Positions 8,973 to 19,074 of a stretch of DNA of 61,434 nucleotides are shown one piece after another; positions within the stretch are counted from its first letter, which is position 1, and each line of letters begins with the position of its first letter. Source of the stretch: Candidatus Levybacteria bacterium RIFCSPHIGHO2_01_FULL_38_26 (GTDB lineage: Bacteria > Patescibacteriota > Microgenomatia > Levybacterales > UBA12049); contig MFNO01000037.1 of the NCBI GenBank assembly GCA_001782075.1, forward strand, positions 1 through 61,434. Reading direction: 5' to 3'. The notes beneath the pieces were generated by a model, which was not told the DNA's origin, made no database searches, and was given only the letters and a program-made list of their open reading frames with translations. A program made the translations under genes and the position numbers.

Positions 8973-11468
8973 TTAGAGTTCTTCCAATGCCTGCTGGATT
9001 TTTTCGGTTGCCTCTTTATAGCTGATAGTTTTGGAAAAGGTTAGGGGCTTGCCTATTTTTACCCAAACTTTTTGTCTTTTTTTGGGTATATTTTCCCAAA
9101 ACCCGCCTATTGGAGGGAAAATTTCTCGGTAGGCTGGGTCAATTTTGATTGGAATTACTGGGACTTGCATTTCAACGGTCATAAACCCAATCCCTTCTTT
9201 AAATTTTAGTAGATTTCCGTCTTTGCTGAAAGTTCCCTCAGGAGCAAGGAGGATTGAATACCCTTTGTCTAGAAATTCTCCGGTTAGTTCAAGTGACGCT
9301 TTTATTCTTTTTTTCTTATCAAAAGGAAAACCGCCTCCCAAAAGCTGCACAAAGTTTTCGCGGTAATCGAGCCAAATGTCTGAGTTGACAGCAATGACTA
9401 GTTTTTCTCTAATTTTGCTAGGAAGGCTGCGTAATACACAAGCTCCATCCATGACTCCTATGTGATTGAAGTAAAAAATTGCCGGAAGATTTATGTTTTT
9501 TAAATTTTCCTTTCCTTCAATACTCATAGGCACAAAAAGCGAATGGATAGGGAATGTGAAGCAGTTTTGTAAAAAAGTTCTTAATTTCGCGGCTTTTGGG
9601 CTATATATCCATTCTGAAATTGGGATCTCCTCTGCAGATGATGGAGCAACTTTAATGAGTTTTCTTAAATCACCGACGGTCGTTTGTGGGTTTATTTTAG
9701 TTTCTGAAATTGCTACTATATACTCTTGTTCTATCAAAGATAAAATTTCAACTCTTTGCAAAGAATCGAGTTTTAGATCTGTAGCCAAGGTGGAAGTCTC
9801 TTTGATTTTTGTAGTAGGTAGCTTGGCTACTTGAGATATAAGGTTTATTAGCTTATCTTGAGGTTGTATTCCTTTTGTCAGGGGATCCTTCGACTTCCCT
9901 TGGACAAACTCGGGGTTGCTCAGGGTGACTTGCGTCACTTTTTTTCTATCTATTTTAAGTATCGGCGTCCTGGGAAAGTCCTCGCCTTGCCACAGACTGT
10001 ATTCAAGTATTTGCTCATGAGAAGCGAGTTTTTGATTTGTGTCCTTTATGATTTTGGAAAGTTTGTTGGGGAATTTGGTAATAATTACCGCATGAACTGT
10101 CTCTCCTTCTTCATTTTTAACTCCAACTATGCATGATTCAATGACGAGAGGGTGAGCGTTTAATTTTTTTTCTATGTCTTCAGGATAAACTTTTTGCCCA
10201 TTAGGAAGAACAATTCTGAATGCGACTCTCCCCGTTATGTATACGAAACCATCATTATCTATTTTTCCTACATCTCCTGTATGATACCACCCGTCAACAA
10301 AAGCGGAATTTGTTTTTTCTTTGTCTTGAAAATACCCGGAAGAAATATTGGGTCCTTTCGCTAAAATTTCTTGTGATTTATCGTCTATTTTTATAGATAC
10401 TCCTGGCAGGGGTTTTCCAACCGATCCTAATTTTTTTTGAAAAGGAGTATTGATCGTCAAGACCGCGGTAGTTTCTGTCGCGCCGTATCCTTCAAATATA
10501 CTAACTCCCAAATTTTCCCATTTTTTCACTAACTTCAAATTAAGCGGTGCTGATCCGCAGCCAAAAAACAAAAGGCTGGGACCAATTTTGTCAAGGACTG
10601 GTTTAAAAATAATTCTTCTAGCCCAAAATGGAAGATTTTCAGATATACTGTTTAACATTTTCCAGGTCTTTTGTTTGTTTTCTTTCTCAACTTCGGCTTC
10701 AATTCCTCTCATTAATAGCTGCAGCGCTTGAGGTACGAGAGCAACGGAAGTGATTTTATTTTTTCTCAACGCTTTTGCTAGAGTGATTCTGTTAATTCTT
10801 TCCAAATAAGTTACCTTGATGCCTGTTTTGAATGGTACAAGAAAATCAACAAGCTGCTCAAAAACGTGGGAAAGCGGAAGTAGAGATAGTGCTTTGTATT
10901 GACTCTTGAAAGGGAAAGCTTCGGTTAGTGCATCAATGTTTGATAGAAAATTCGCGTGTGTCAAAACCACGCCTTTTGGAGTACCAGTTGTTCCCGAAGT
11001 GAAGGCAATTTCAGCAAGGTGATTTGTGTTTATATTGGAGGGAGCGGATAGGAGGGGGAAATTTTTTACCAACTCAGTTAAATCCTCCAAATAAAAACTC
11101 TGTTTTAATAGCTTGCCAAAAGTTCCAGGAATAAATTTGCCTTTGAATCCTACTTTGCAGGATGCTTTTGTCAAAAAAATTTTCAAAGTTTCATCTGTCG
11201 TTCGAATATCAATGGGGACAGCTATCGCTCCAATATTCCAGCAGGCAAAGAAAAATATGGCGTATTCAGGCATGTTTGACGACCATATCGCGACTTTATC
11301 ATCTTTTTTAACTCCATTGTGAGCAAGAAAAGCAGACGTTTTTAAGACAAGATCATGAACTTCCTCGAAAGTAAATCGTTGCGTCCTAAATCCTCGTTTT
11401 ATTTCATAGGCGATTCTATTTTTGTGAATCCCCGAGTATTCTTTCAGAAACTGTCCTAGGTTTTGCAT
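8973..11468 (-). CDS. three-domain fusion: ANL-superfamily acyl-AMP/acyl-ACP ligase, acyl carrier (PP-binding) domain, and PlsC-type lysophospholipid acyltransferase
   Basis: AMP-binding motifs FTSGTTGTPKGV, GYGATE and YHTGDVG. Carrier motif DLKLDSLQRVE. Acyltransferase motifs NHIGVMD (HX4D) and LAPEGT. I place the start at ATG 11468 (MQNLGQ...), 7 nt after the upstream stop. The ORF-track start at 11549 would overlap the upstream gene by 74 nt. Confidence 0.85.
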   Translation of the reverse strand: MQNLGQFLKEYSGIHKNRIAYEIKRGFRTQRFTFEEVHDLVLKTSAFLAHNGVKKDDKVAIWSSNMPEYAIFFFACWNIGAIAVPIDIRTTDETLKIFLTKASCKVGFKGKFIPGTFGKLLKQSFYLEDLTELVKNFPLLSAPSNINTNHLAEIAFTSGTTGTPKGVVLTHANFLSNIDALTEAFPFKSQYKALSLLPLSHVFEQLVDFLVPFKTGIKVTYLERINRITLAKALRKNKITSVALVPQALQLLMRGIEAEVEKENKQKTWKMLNSISENLPFWARRIIFKPVLDKIGPSLLFFGCGSAPLNLKLVKKWENLGVSIFEGYGATETTAVLTINTPFQKKLGSVGKPLPGVSIKIDDKSQEILAKGPNISSGYFQDKEKTNSAFVDGWYHTGDVGKIDNDGFVYITGRVAFRIVLPNGQKVYPEDIEKKLNAHPLVIESCIVGVKNEEGETVHAVIITKFPNKLSKIIKDTNQKLASHEQILEYSLWQGEDFPRTPILKIDRKKVTQVTLSNPEFVQGKSKDPLTKGIQPQDKLINLISQVAKLPTTKIKETSTLATDLKLDSLQRVEILSLIEQEYIVAISETKINPQTTVGDLRKLIKVAPSSAEEIPISEWIYSPKAAKLRTFLQNCFTFPIHSLFVPMSIEGKENLKNINLPAIFYFNHIGVMDGACVLRSLPSKIREKLVIAVNSDIWLDYRENFVQLLGGGFPFDKKKRIKASLELTGEFLDKGYSILLAPEGTFSKDGNLLKFKEGIGFMTVEMQVPVIPIKIDPAYREIFPPIGGFWENIPKKRQKVWVKIGKPLTFSKTISYKEATEKIQQALEEL

Positions 11469-11475
11469 AAATTTG

Positions 11476-12387
11476 CTATATGTTTTTGTTAAGAAACTTG
11501 AGAACCTTTTCTTGATATTCTTGTCTGAGCTTTTCTGGCAATCCTCCATGAACGCCTTCCTCCTGGAAAAGGAACTCTGCTCTTGGGTTATTTTTTAAAG
11601 AATCTTTGATTCTAGTTGCGTTTTCAAATGGGATTACCTGGTCTTTTTTTGAATGAATAATAAGTATTGGAATTTGCAGGTTTTTTGCCGAAGCTTGCGG
11701 AGAAATTTCGCTTGGATAAACGCCGACAAAGATTTTAGCCCAAATTTTTGTCAGTGAAGATAAAGGATATTTAAATACAAACAGATTTTGATAGTATTCA
11801 TTTATCACAAGATCAAGATTGGCATAAGCGCTGTCCGAAACTACCGCATTTATTCTTGTATCCTTGGCCGCAGTCATGATCGCAACCGCGCCCCCTAAAG
11901 AAAATCCCATTATTCCTATTCTATCAAATCCCTGCCCGCCGGCAGGCAGGCTCCTTTTTTCCAGATAATCAAGCGCACTTGCAAGGTCTTTTTGTTCGTG
12001 GTATCCGACTGTGGTCATAGAACCTTCCGAATCTCCAAAATAGCGAAAGTCAAAAAATAAAAGATTAAAATCGTCGTGCAAAAATGATGCCCATCCTAAA
12101 ATGTTTGCCTTGTCGAAAGGATAACCGTGAAGAAGTATTATTGTCTTGTCCGAATTTTTTTCTGCCGGAACGAACCAGGCGGAAAGCCTGATATTATCGA
12201 TCGTGGTTAAATTTATGGCTTGAAAGCTCCATTCGAAGTCCTGAGGAGTTAAATTAGTTTTGTATTTTGGAGGATGGGTCGCCGACCAAAATCCATAAAG
12301 ACTAAAAACTATTATAAATAATGTAAAAAATAAAACAAACGGCAAAATCATTTTATATATTTTAGAGTTTTTAATCTTAAATTTCAT
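11476..12387 (-). CDS. membrane-anchored alpha/beta hydrolase (lipase/esterase-like)
   Basis: N-terminal TM helix, HGYP oxyanion-like region, nucleophile elbow GFSLGG. Confidence 0.75.
   Translation of the reverse strand: MKFKIKNSKIYKMILPFVLFFTLFIIVFSLYGFWSATHPPKYKTNLTPQDFEWSFQAINLTTIDNIRLSAWFVPAEKNSDKTIILLHGYPFDKANILGWASFLHDDFNLLFFDFRYFGDSEGSMTTVGYHEQKDLASALDYLEKRSLPAGGQGFDRIGIMGFSLGGAVAIMTAAKDTRINAVVSDSAYANLDLVINEYYQNLFVFKYPLSSLTKIWAKIFVGVYPSEISPQASAKNLQIPILIIHSKKDQVIPFENATRIKDSLKNNPRAEFLFQEEGVHGGLPEKLRQEYQEKVLKFLNKNI
11931..11950. repeat. 20-nt GC-rich near-palindrome CCTGCCCGCCGGCAGGCAGG inside the hydrolase CDS; it contains the 10-mer GGCGGGCAGG (reverse strand) shared with 25249-25258 and 61274-61283
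   Basis: Read directly. It encodes LPAGGQG in frame. CCTGCC/GGCAGG can form a hairpin. Confidence 0.7.
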
Positions 12388-13675
12388 CTGCTAACTTATA
12401 CAATTTCACAAAAACTAAATATCCCAAAAAGGTAGCAATTCCCGCAATCGGACCAATTAGACGGATTCCCAGTGAATTTTCGTTCGTTGCCCCAAAAAAA
12501 GAAAGAGTTACACCAAAAATCACACTGGCAATGGCAAAAGAAAACTTCTGAAGCGTATTTTGCATGCCGTAATAAATCGCCTCGCGTCTTTGGTTCGTTT
12601 TTTTAGTATCATAGTCAATGATATCAGCTAGTATTGCGTTGGGAAAGATGAATTGTCCTGAGAGACTAATTCCAATAAAAACAGTAATCGCGGCTGCTTG
12701 AAAAAATGAAGTTGAGATTGGGAAAAAACCTACCAAAAAAAGAAGCGGAAAGACAAGGCTTAACGCAAGCATAGAATTTGAATATATTTTCTTTTTGCCA
12801 AACCTTTTAGATAAATGGGTTTGAATCGGCAGGGCCAACAGCATGCTTATCAAAACAATTGCTGAAAAAACCGCAACCATTCCTTCCGGCTGACCGAGTA
12901 TAAATTTTACAAAAAAGGGAATGAGGGCGTTTAAGAGATTAAATCCCATCGAGAAAAGCACAAAAGCAATTGAGAAAATTAGAAAATGCCTGTTTTTTAT
13001 TGTTGTTAGAAGTGAGCGATAAATTGTCAGATTTGATGGCTGGATGTTTATTTTACCGGGTTTAAGCAGTTTGCCGGCAATTCCAAATATCGAAACCCAA
13101 AATGTGGTGAGGGTTAATACTGCCAAAATTGCTCCCATCGCGGCAAAACCGAAATTTTGTATTAAAACACTTGAGCCTACAAGTCCGATCGCCGCACCAA
13201 CTATCCCAAACAAAACTCTCCATGCCGATGTTGAAACTCTTTCTTCTGAAGATTTTGCGATTTCGGGCAATATACCCTCATATGGAGCAGACACAAGGGT
13301 GTATGTGAGAAAGAAAAACTGAAGGGTTATAAAAAAATAAATTGAGTTTATGAAAATTGATCCTTGAATCGGAGTCCACAGAAGAAAAAAACTCAATGCC
13401 AAAAAAGGAGCTCCTATAAAAATAAAGGGAAACCTTCTTCCCCAACGAGATTTTGTTCTGTCCGAGATATGACCGATTAGAGGATCGTCAAAAGCCTCAA
13501 TAAATCTTCCAATTCCCATAAGTATACCAAGAATACCAATAGGAATAAGGGCTTTATTTGGATCTCCGCCTCCTGACCAGAAGAAAAACAGCCATGCTGA
13601 GACTGCCTGAAAAGAAATGTTTTCTCCGGTTCCCCCGACAGCGAAAAAAATTTTGTGCCTTGCGGATAGACTCAT
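12377..13675 (-). CDS. MFS transporter of the GPH / MFSD2-like type
   Basis: About 12 TM helices. GPH-type loop motif GHISDRTKSRWGRRFPF. Confidence 0.8.
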   Translation of the reverse strand: MSLSARHKIFFAVGGTGENISFQAVSAWLFFFWSGGGDPNKALIPIGILGILMGIGRFIEAFDDPLIGHISDRTKSRWGRRFPFIFIGAPFLALSFFLLWTPIQGSIFINSIYFFITLQFFFLTYTLVSAPYEGILPEIAKSSEERVSTSAWRVLFGIVGAAIGLVGSSVLIQNFGFAAMGAILAVLTLTTFWVSIFGIAGKLLKPGKINIQPSNLTIYRSLLTTIKNRHFLIFSIAFVLFSMGFNLLNALIPFFVKFILGQPEGMVAVFSAIVLISMLLALPIQTHLSKRFGKKKIYSNSMLALSLVFPLLFLVGFFPISTSFFQAAAITVFIGISLSGQFIFPNAILADIIDYDTKKTNQRREAIYYGMQNTLQKFSFAIASVIFGVTLSFFGATNENSLGIRLIGPIAGIATFLGYLVFVKLYKLADEI

Positions 13676-14034
13676 TATTCTAGAATAGCAACAAATTGAG
13701 CAATAGTATAGGCGCCCTGATGGGTGATACTAAGGGCAGAATTTTGAGCTTTGAATTTTGCCTGCCCGCCGAATTGGAGGGAATTTTGAATTTGGACTTC
13801 AGGTGACCCATTTGATTTATAAGTTATAAGAATTTCGAGCCATGAATCTGTGGATAGTGACAGAGCTTTTATAACTGCCTCTTTGGCTGCAAAAATTCCT
13901 GCCAATCGAGTAGGATCGTTATTTATCAACTCTTCTTCAAAGTAAACACGGCGAAGGAAATTCTCTCCGCCATTTTTTAGCGATTTTTTAAAAAGTGGCA
14001 AATAAACCAAGTCAATTCCTGATCTAATTATCAT
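13675..14034 (-). CDS. acpS: holo-[acyl-carrier-protein] synthase (4'-phosphopantetheinyl transferase)
   Basis: N-terminus MIIRSGIDLV, FAAKEAVIKAL, and C-terminal LSITHQGAYTIA. ATGA overlap with the upstream gene. Confidence 0.8.
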   Translation of the reverse strand: MIIRSGIDLVYLPLFKKSLKNGGENFLRRVYFEEELINNDPTRLAGIFAAKEAVIKALSLSTDSWLEILITYKSNGSPEVQIQNSLQFGGQAKFKAQNSALSITHQGAYTIAQFVAILE

Positions 14035-15029
14035 AAGCGCATAAATACTTTGTGTAGAAATACAAAAAGTCCTGAAAATTCATTAATCATCTCAACTGAA
14101 ATTCCTTCTTTGGGCTGAACATGCTTGAATAAATTGGCAAGGTGATAGTCATAAGACTTTCCTTTTTCCTCCAAGGCTTGTTTTAATTTGATAGATTCTG
14201 TGTAAGGCACGAATGTATCGCTTTTTTCATGGAGAATGAAGATTTTTGCATTAACGCTATCGATGTTTTGGTCGGGAGAAAAACGGGATAATCTTCCCGC
14301 AAGCTCCGGATCTAAAAGATTTTTTTTATCAAACATATTAAGTAATAATCCTTCTTTTTCAAGGGTTCTTTGGGCGTGATCAACTGCGCTTTTAGCAGCT
14401 TGCCATCGTGTTGTTTGTTTATCCAAAACAATCGTGTTTGTGGATAAGGAAGACAGATAATCCAAGATGCTGTAATAACCTCCGAAAAACACAACGCTTC
14501 GGACGTACTCGTTTATTTTTTCATCCTCTGCCGCAACAAGGGCTAGCGAAGAACCGACAGAGAAACCAACATATGATATTCTATTTTTGTCAACATCATC
14601 CCGCTCTTTTAGAAAATTAAATGAATCAATAAATGTTTGCGGTTCTTCGAGTTTTATAACATCATTTTCCAGATCCACACTTCTTGGCCATAAAACTACG
14701 TAACCAAGTCTTGCCAGGGTCTCACAGAAGCCCAAAAGAATTGGTCTGTCTTTATCGGATGTTTTTAATCCCATTGCAACAATAATTGCGGGTTTGATGT
14801 TAGCATTTTTAGGAATAAAAAGATCTCCTACTGCTTTTGCGCCATCGGGTGATGGGCTAAATTGTACTTTTTCAACAATGGGGTCTTGTGTAATATTATG
14901 AAGTGGTCTGAAAGGGATTTGGGGGAATTCCTGTGCGATCAAAAGCACCACCTTTGCGGCCGCGGCAAGAGGATTAATAGATATAAGAAAGATAACAAGG
15001 ACTGTTAGTAAAAGAAGCAGTAATTTCAT
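14031..15029 (-). CDS. secreted or anchored alpha/beta hydrolase (dienelactone hydrolase/esterase-like)
   Basis: Signal/anchor MKLLLLLLTVLVIFL, nucleophile elbow GFSVGS. Start taken at ATG 15029, immediately after the stop of the small upstream ORF. Confidence 0.7.
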   Translation of the reverse strand: MKLLLLLLTVLVIFLISINPLAAAAKVVLLIAQEFPQIPFRPLHNITQDPIVEKVQFSPSPDGAKAVGDLFIPKNANIKPAIIVAMGLKTSDKDRPILLGFCETLARLGYVVLWPRSVDLENDVIKLEEPQTFIDSFNFLKERDDVDKNRISYVGFSVGSSLALVAAEDEKINEYVRSVVFFGGYYSILDYLSSLSTNTIVLDKQTTRWQAAKSAVDHAQRTLEKEGLLLNMFDKKNLLDPELAGRLSRFSPDQNIDSVNAKIFILHEKSDTFVPYTESIKLKQALEEKGKSYDYHLANLFKHVQPKEGISVEMINEFSGLFVFLHKVFMRL

Positions 15030-15030
15030 T

Positions 15031-15198
15031 TTATTTCTTCTCTTCCACAATTTCTCCTTCTACGATTTTGCTTCTATCAATATTCAAGTGAAACTGTTTT
15101 TTGTCCGTTTTCTTCCGTCCTATTTTTCGCAAAAAATAGAAGACCAAAAGGGGTGCGAGAAACAAAAGTATTTTTTTAAATATAACTATAGGAATCAT
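15031..15198 (-). CDS. small single-pass membrane protein (about 55 aa)
   Basis: MIPIVIFKKILLFLAPLLVFYFL followed by a basic tail. Operon position only. Confidence 0.3.
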   Translation of the reverse strand: MIPIVIFKKILLFLAPLLVFYFLRKIGRKKTDKKQFHLNIDRSKIVEGEIVEEKK

Positions 15199-15247
15199 AT
15201 TTATACCGTAAAGTATATCAAAAATTGGAGAAAAATAGACAGAATTG

Positions 15248-17983
15248 TCAGCGAAGGTTATTGAGAATTTCACCTAAGCGTGTGATTTCCTCTCCATACC
15301 TTGCCCAATTTCCTTCCCGTTGAAATCTTAGCGCGGCTTCGTAAGATTCGACAGCTTGTCTTATGAGCGTATCGAAGTTTGTATCAGTTGGGGTTTGAGC
15401 AGCGGATATCTCACTAACCGTTTGATCTTCTCCTACGGAGGCGCCAAAGATTCTAGCCAGTCCCTGCTCTAGTGTTTCCTCCATTGCAATTTTATTTTCG
15501 TAAGCAATGATCACTCTTTTGAGCTCCGGAATTTTTCCAGCTTCGGCTTTAAGATAAAGAGGCCGTACATAGACAAGAGACTCCTCAATGGGTATAACTA
15601 AAAGCGGTCCCTGAATTACTTGCGAACCGCCTTGGTCCCATAATGAAATTTGCCTTGCTATTTCCGCATTTTGATTGATTCTGCCAATCATTTGTTTGGG
15701 TCCGAATATAAGCTTGTCTTTAGGGAAACGGTAGACAAGCAGCTTTCCATACTCAGCGCCGTCGTTCCTTGCTACCATCCAAGCAGAAAGATTATCTTTG
15801 GCCCGAGGAGTGAAAGGGAGCATTAGGATATACTCTTCCGTTTCTTCACCCGGAAGCTTCATGATCATATGCCTCGGTGCCATCGCGGAAGCCATAGAAT
15901 CTCCTTGTTGGCCTGCGGTTGAGATAGCAGGAATTTCCCATTGATCCTCTTTGTTGTAGAAGATTTGAGGATTATCCATATGGTAGACGGTGTAGATGGT
16001 GGTTTGAATAGCAAATAAATCTCTTGGATACCGAATGTGAGATATCAGCTCGTCCGGCATGTCGGAAAGCTTGCGGAAGGAGTTGGGAAAGATTTTGGAA
16101 TAAGTTTTTATAATCGGATCATCAGGTTCTGTTATGTAAAAAGTAACTTTTCCGTCATAGGCATCGACGATTGCCTTAACGGAGTTTCTAATATAATTTG
16201 TTTGGCCCGCGTTTGAAGACACCGGTTGGGAGTAAGGGTAGCGGTGGGTTTCTGTGTATGCATCGATGACCCAATACAGTTTTCCCTGCGCTATTACCAT
16301 GTATGGATCCTGGTCAAAGTCAAGAAACGGTGCGATTTTCTCTACCCTTTCTTTTACATTTCTATAGTAGAGGACTCGGCTTTTATCCGTAACCTCATTT
16401 GATAAAAAGAGCTTAAGGTCGCCAAAGCGAAATGAGTAAAAAACCCTGCGGAGCAACGAGTTAATTTCCACCCCTCCCTGACCCTCGTATGAGGCATAGA
16501 CATTTTCTTCTCCCTTGGGATAATCAAATTCTTTTGTTTTGGTATTGACGAAAATATAATCATTGAGTATCTCGCCATAGTAAATCTCGGGCTTTTCAAC
16601 AGAAAGCTCTTTAATTTCAGAAACAGGCGGTAAATTTTTGACGAAAAGTACAGGAAGTCCTTCGGGCGTTACTTGATTTACGGGCGACGCGGCGACTCCA
16701 TGTCCGTGGGTAAAAGTAAGCCTCTCATTGACCCATGTTCTATTGGGAAGACTTTCGGATGAAAGCTCTCTTGGGGCTAGCATTATTTGGCGAAGTTCAC
16801 CGTCGATCGTATAGCGGTCGTCATGAACGGAAGCGAACTCATAATAAGTTCTAATTTCCTGAATTTGTGAGAAAGTGGAAAGCAGAGGATCGCGATCCCA
16901 AAGTCTGACGTTTTTGATGGTAAGCTGGTTGGCTTCTATATCCCGCGAGGTTATAGGTTGGTCTCCAGTTATTTCCCGTTCCTCTATCTTGTCCAGACCA
17001 TACGCTTTGCGAGTAAACATAATGTTGTGTTTGATAAATTGCGTTTCCTTGGCAGGTTCATTAGGGGCAACTATTAGTTTTTGAAAGATTGAGGGGATGA
17101 TTAAAGACGCAAGATTAACAAGAAAGATTAAAAAAACTGCCGTCAAAAGAGACGTAAACTTCCCTGTCGTGGCGTAAAAAATGGCCAATAGCGCTCCTAT
17201 GCCATAGACAAAAACAGATATGTAAATGATCGGTACCGTGACATTGGCATCTGTAAAAGCAGCTCCAAATACAGGGCCGTTTTGAGTAAGGAGAAGATTA
17301 TAGAGAGAAAGATATGTCGTGGCGGCAAAGGAAAGAAAGAGCAGAAACAACAAAATTCCAAGATGAAGCTGAGGTCCTCTATCGAAGCGTACTAACTTTG
17401 GGCTGAATTTCTTTAGAAATCTTTCAAAAACACTCGGATTTCGCAGGATGTATATAACTGTAGAGCCTATTATTGAAATTAATATTAAGGTTTTCGAAAG
17501 TGTCATTATTTGCGTATATATTGGTAGAGAAAATACATAAAAACCCACATCTTTGTTAAACAAGGGATCTTTTTGACCGAAAGGCACAGCTTCTATAAAT
17601 TTAAGAACGTCCTGCCAGCTGTTTTGCGCTATAAACCCAATAAAAATTGCAGTAGCAAAACTTACGATTACGCTGATTTTCTTGACGAGGCGGGAATCCA
17701 ACATAATAGGTTGACCAAAAAATGATTCGGGAATTGTCGTCATCCATGGAATTTTGGAATAAGAGGCAATAGAAAAATTAGTAACAAGAAACGCTAACGA
17801 AAATATTCCTACTGCAAATCCAATAAGCATTCGGCTGAGCAGTGATTTAGTAAATATTTCAGGAAACCCAACTTCTTGGAAAAACCACCAGTCTGCAACA
17901 AGATACACAAAATTAAAGAAAAAAATAAAAACCAAAGCTATTAAAACTACGAAGACTGAAGAAAATATCTTGGCTATTTTCAT
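15248..17983 (-). CDS. UPF0182-family large polytopic membrane protein
   Basis: About 7 N-terminal TM helices followed by a ~600-aa extracytoplasmic region. The overall architecture matches UPF0182 as I recall it. An alternative GTG start at 18025 would overlap the upstream gene. Confidence 0.7.
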   Translation of the reverse strand: MKIAKIFSSVFVVLIALVFIFFFNFVYLVADWWFFQEVGFPEIFTKSLLSRMLIGFAVGIFSLAFLVTNFSIASYSKIPWMTTIPESFFGQPIMLDSRLVKKISVIVSFATAIFIGFIAQNSWQDVLKFIEAVPFGQKDPLFNKDVGFYVFSLPIYTQIMTLSKTLILISIIGSTVIYILRNPSVFERFLKKFSPKLVRFDRGPQLHLGILLFLLFLSFAATTYLSLYNLLLTQNGPVFGAAFTDANVTVPIIYISVFVYGIGALLAIFYATTGKFTSLLTAVFLIFLVNLASLIIPSIFQKLIVAPNEPAKETQFIKHNIMFTRKAYGLDKIEEREITGDQPITSRDIEANQLTIKNVRLWDRDPLLSTFSQIQEIRTYYEFASVHDDRYTIDGELRQIMLAPRELSSESLPNRTWVNERLTFTHGHGVAASPVNQVTPEGLPVLFVKNLPPVSEIKELSVEKPEIYYGEILNDYIFVNTKTKEFDYPKGEENVYASYEGQGGVEINSLLRRVFYSFRFGDLKLFLSNEVTDKSRVLYYRNVKERVEKIAPFLDFDQDPYMVIAQGKLYWVIDAYTETHRYPYSQPVSSNAGQTNYIRNSVKAIVDAYDGKVTFYITEPDDPIIKTYSKIFPNSFRKLSDMPDELISHIRYPRDLFAIQTTIYTVYHMDNPQIFYNKEDQWEIPAISTAGQQGDSMASAMAPRHMIMKLPGEETEEYILMLPFTPRAKDNLSAWMVARNDGAEYGKLLVYRFPKDKLIFGPKQMIGRINQNAEIARQISLWDQGGSQVIQGPLLVIPIEESLVYVRPLYLKAEAGKIPELKRVIIAYENKIAMEETLEQGLARIFGASVGEDQTVSEISAAQTPTDTNFDTLIRQAVESYEAALRFQREGNWARYGEEITRLGEILNNLR

Positions 17984-17996
17984 AATTAAGGCGTAT

Positions 17997-19007
17997 TCAA
18001 ACGCGACTGGGATGATCGACGGCACGTTTGCTCAAGGAATTATATATAATCAAAATAAGAGAAACAAATGGGATGGCAAGAAGTGCCCCCAAAATTCCCA
18101 ATAGTTCGCCTCCAACTATAACACTTATTATTATCGCAACCGGATGGAGTCCAACAGCTTTTTGCATTACACGGGGAACCAAAAGATTGTTTTCAGCCGC
18201 TTGAAGGGCTGTATAGAATAAAATTACGATTAGGGCAGAATTAAAAGACATGTTTAGAGCAACAATAACTGCAGGAACCGCTGCGATAATCGGTCCAATA
18301 GTTGGAAGTATTTCTAAAATCCCGGCGATAAGAGCAAGAGGAAGGGCAAATTCAATCCCCAAAAGACTTAGTCCAATCCAGGTAATACTTCCTATAAACA
18401 GAGACAAGACTATTTGGCCACGGAACCATCCTCCAATCTTATCCTCTATCCGAGATATAGTCAAAGCGATGCGTTCCTGCCGGTCGGATCTGAATAAATT
18501 AACCGTGGATTTCTTGAGTCTATCATGATCCAAGAGGAGGTAAAAACTTATAACAAAAATCATAAGAGTTGAAAATATTCCACCAAATACTCTGCTGGTT
18601 ACTTCAAATGCGTTTTTTCCTATTTCTCCAATCTCTGCCTCTACAAAAGATTGCAATTGTTCAGGTTTCAAGTCTATTCCAAAAATCACCGCTGCTTGAT
18701 TTATATATTCCGGGAGGGTAACGAATAATGACTGAATCTGAGATGAAAAAAATGGAATCAGGGGAAATATGAGTGTTGTTAAGAAAATAATTACGACTAC
18801 ATATGGGATGAGAACAGATATGATTTTTGGAACCCCTTTTTTTCTAAGGAATTCAACATAAGGAAGAAAAGCGGACATAATAATAAAAGAGATAAAGATG
18901 GCTATGATAATGCTTTTTAGCTTTAATATCAAAAGCCCGACGCTTAGAAGAAGAATGGCAGTCAAAAAATTGTTTTTTAGAATATTGCTTACTAAAGGAT
19001 TGTTCAC
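17997..19007 (-). CDS. AI-2E family transporter (PerM/YhhT-like permease)
   Basis: 8-TM profile. Conserved C-terminal region GLLGALLAIP. Confidence 0.75.
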   Translation of the reverse strand: MNNPLVSNILKNNFLTAILLLSVGLLILKLKSIIIAIFISFIIMSAFLPYVEFLRKKGVPKIISVLIPYVVVIIFLTTLIFPLIPFFSSQIQSLFVTLPEYINQAAVIFGIDLKPEQLQSFVEAEIGEIGKNAFEVTSRVFGGIFSTLMIFVISFYLLLDHDRLKKSTVNLFRSDRQERIALTISRIEDKIGGWFRGQIVLSLFIGSITWIGLSLLGIEFALPLALIAGILEILPTIGPIIAAVPAVIVALNMSFNSALIVILFYTALQAAENNLLVPRVMQKAVGLHPVAIIISVIVGGELLGILGALLAIPFVSLILIIYNSLSKRAVDHPSRV

Positions 19008-19038
19008 TTCTTGGATTATACAATATTTTTATATGTTC

Positions 19039-19067
19039 TTGAAGTATTTCTATATTTAAGCTAAAAT
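19039..19067 (+). promoter_or_regulatory. putative promoter for ileS (TTGAAG-N17-TAAAAT)
   Basis: Hexamers at 19039-19044 and 19062-19067. Confidence 0.3.
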
Positions 19068-19074
19068 TGAATTC

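Noticed and set aside
14954-14968. GC-rich near-palindrome TTGCGGCCGCGGCAA (NotI/SacII sites) in an AT-rich gene
   Set aside because: It simply encodes the Ala4 run of a signal-peptide cleavage region (PLAAAAKV) and shares no sequence with the GGCGGGCAGG family.
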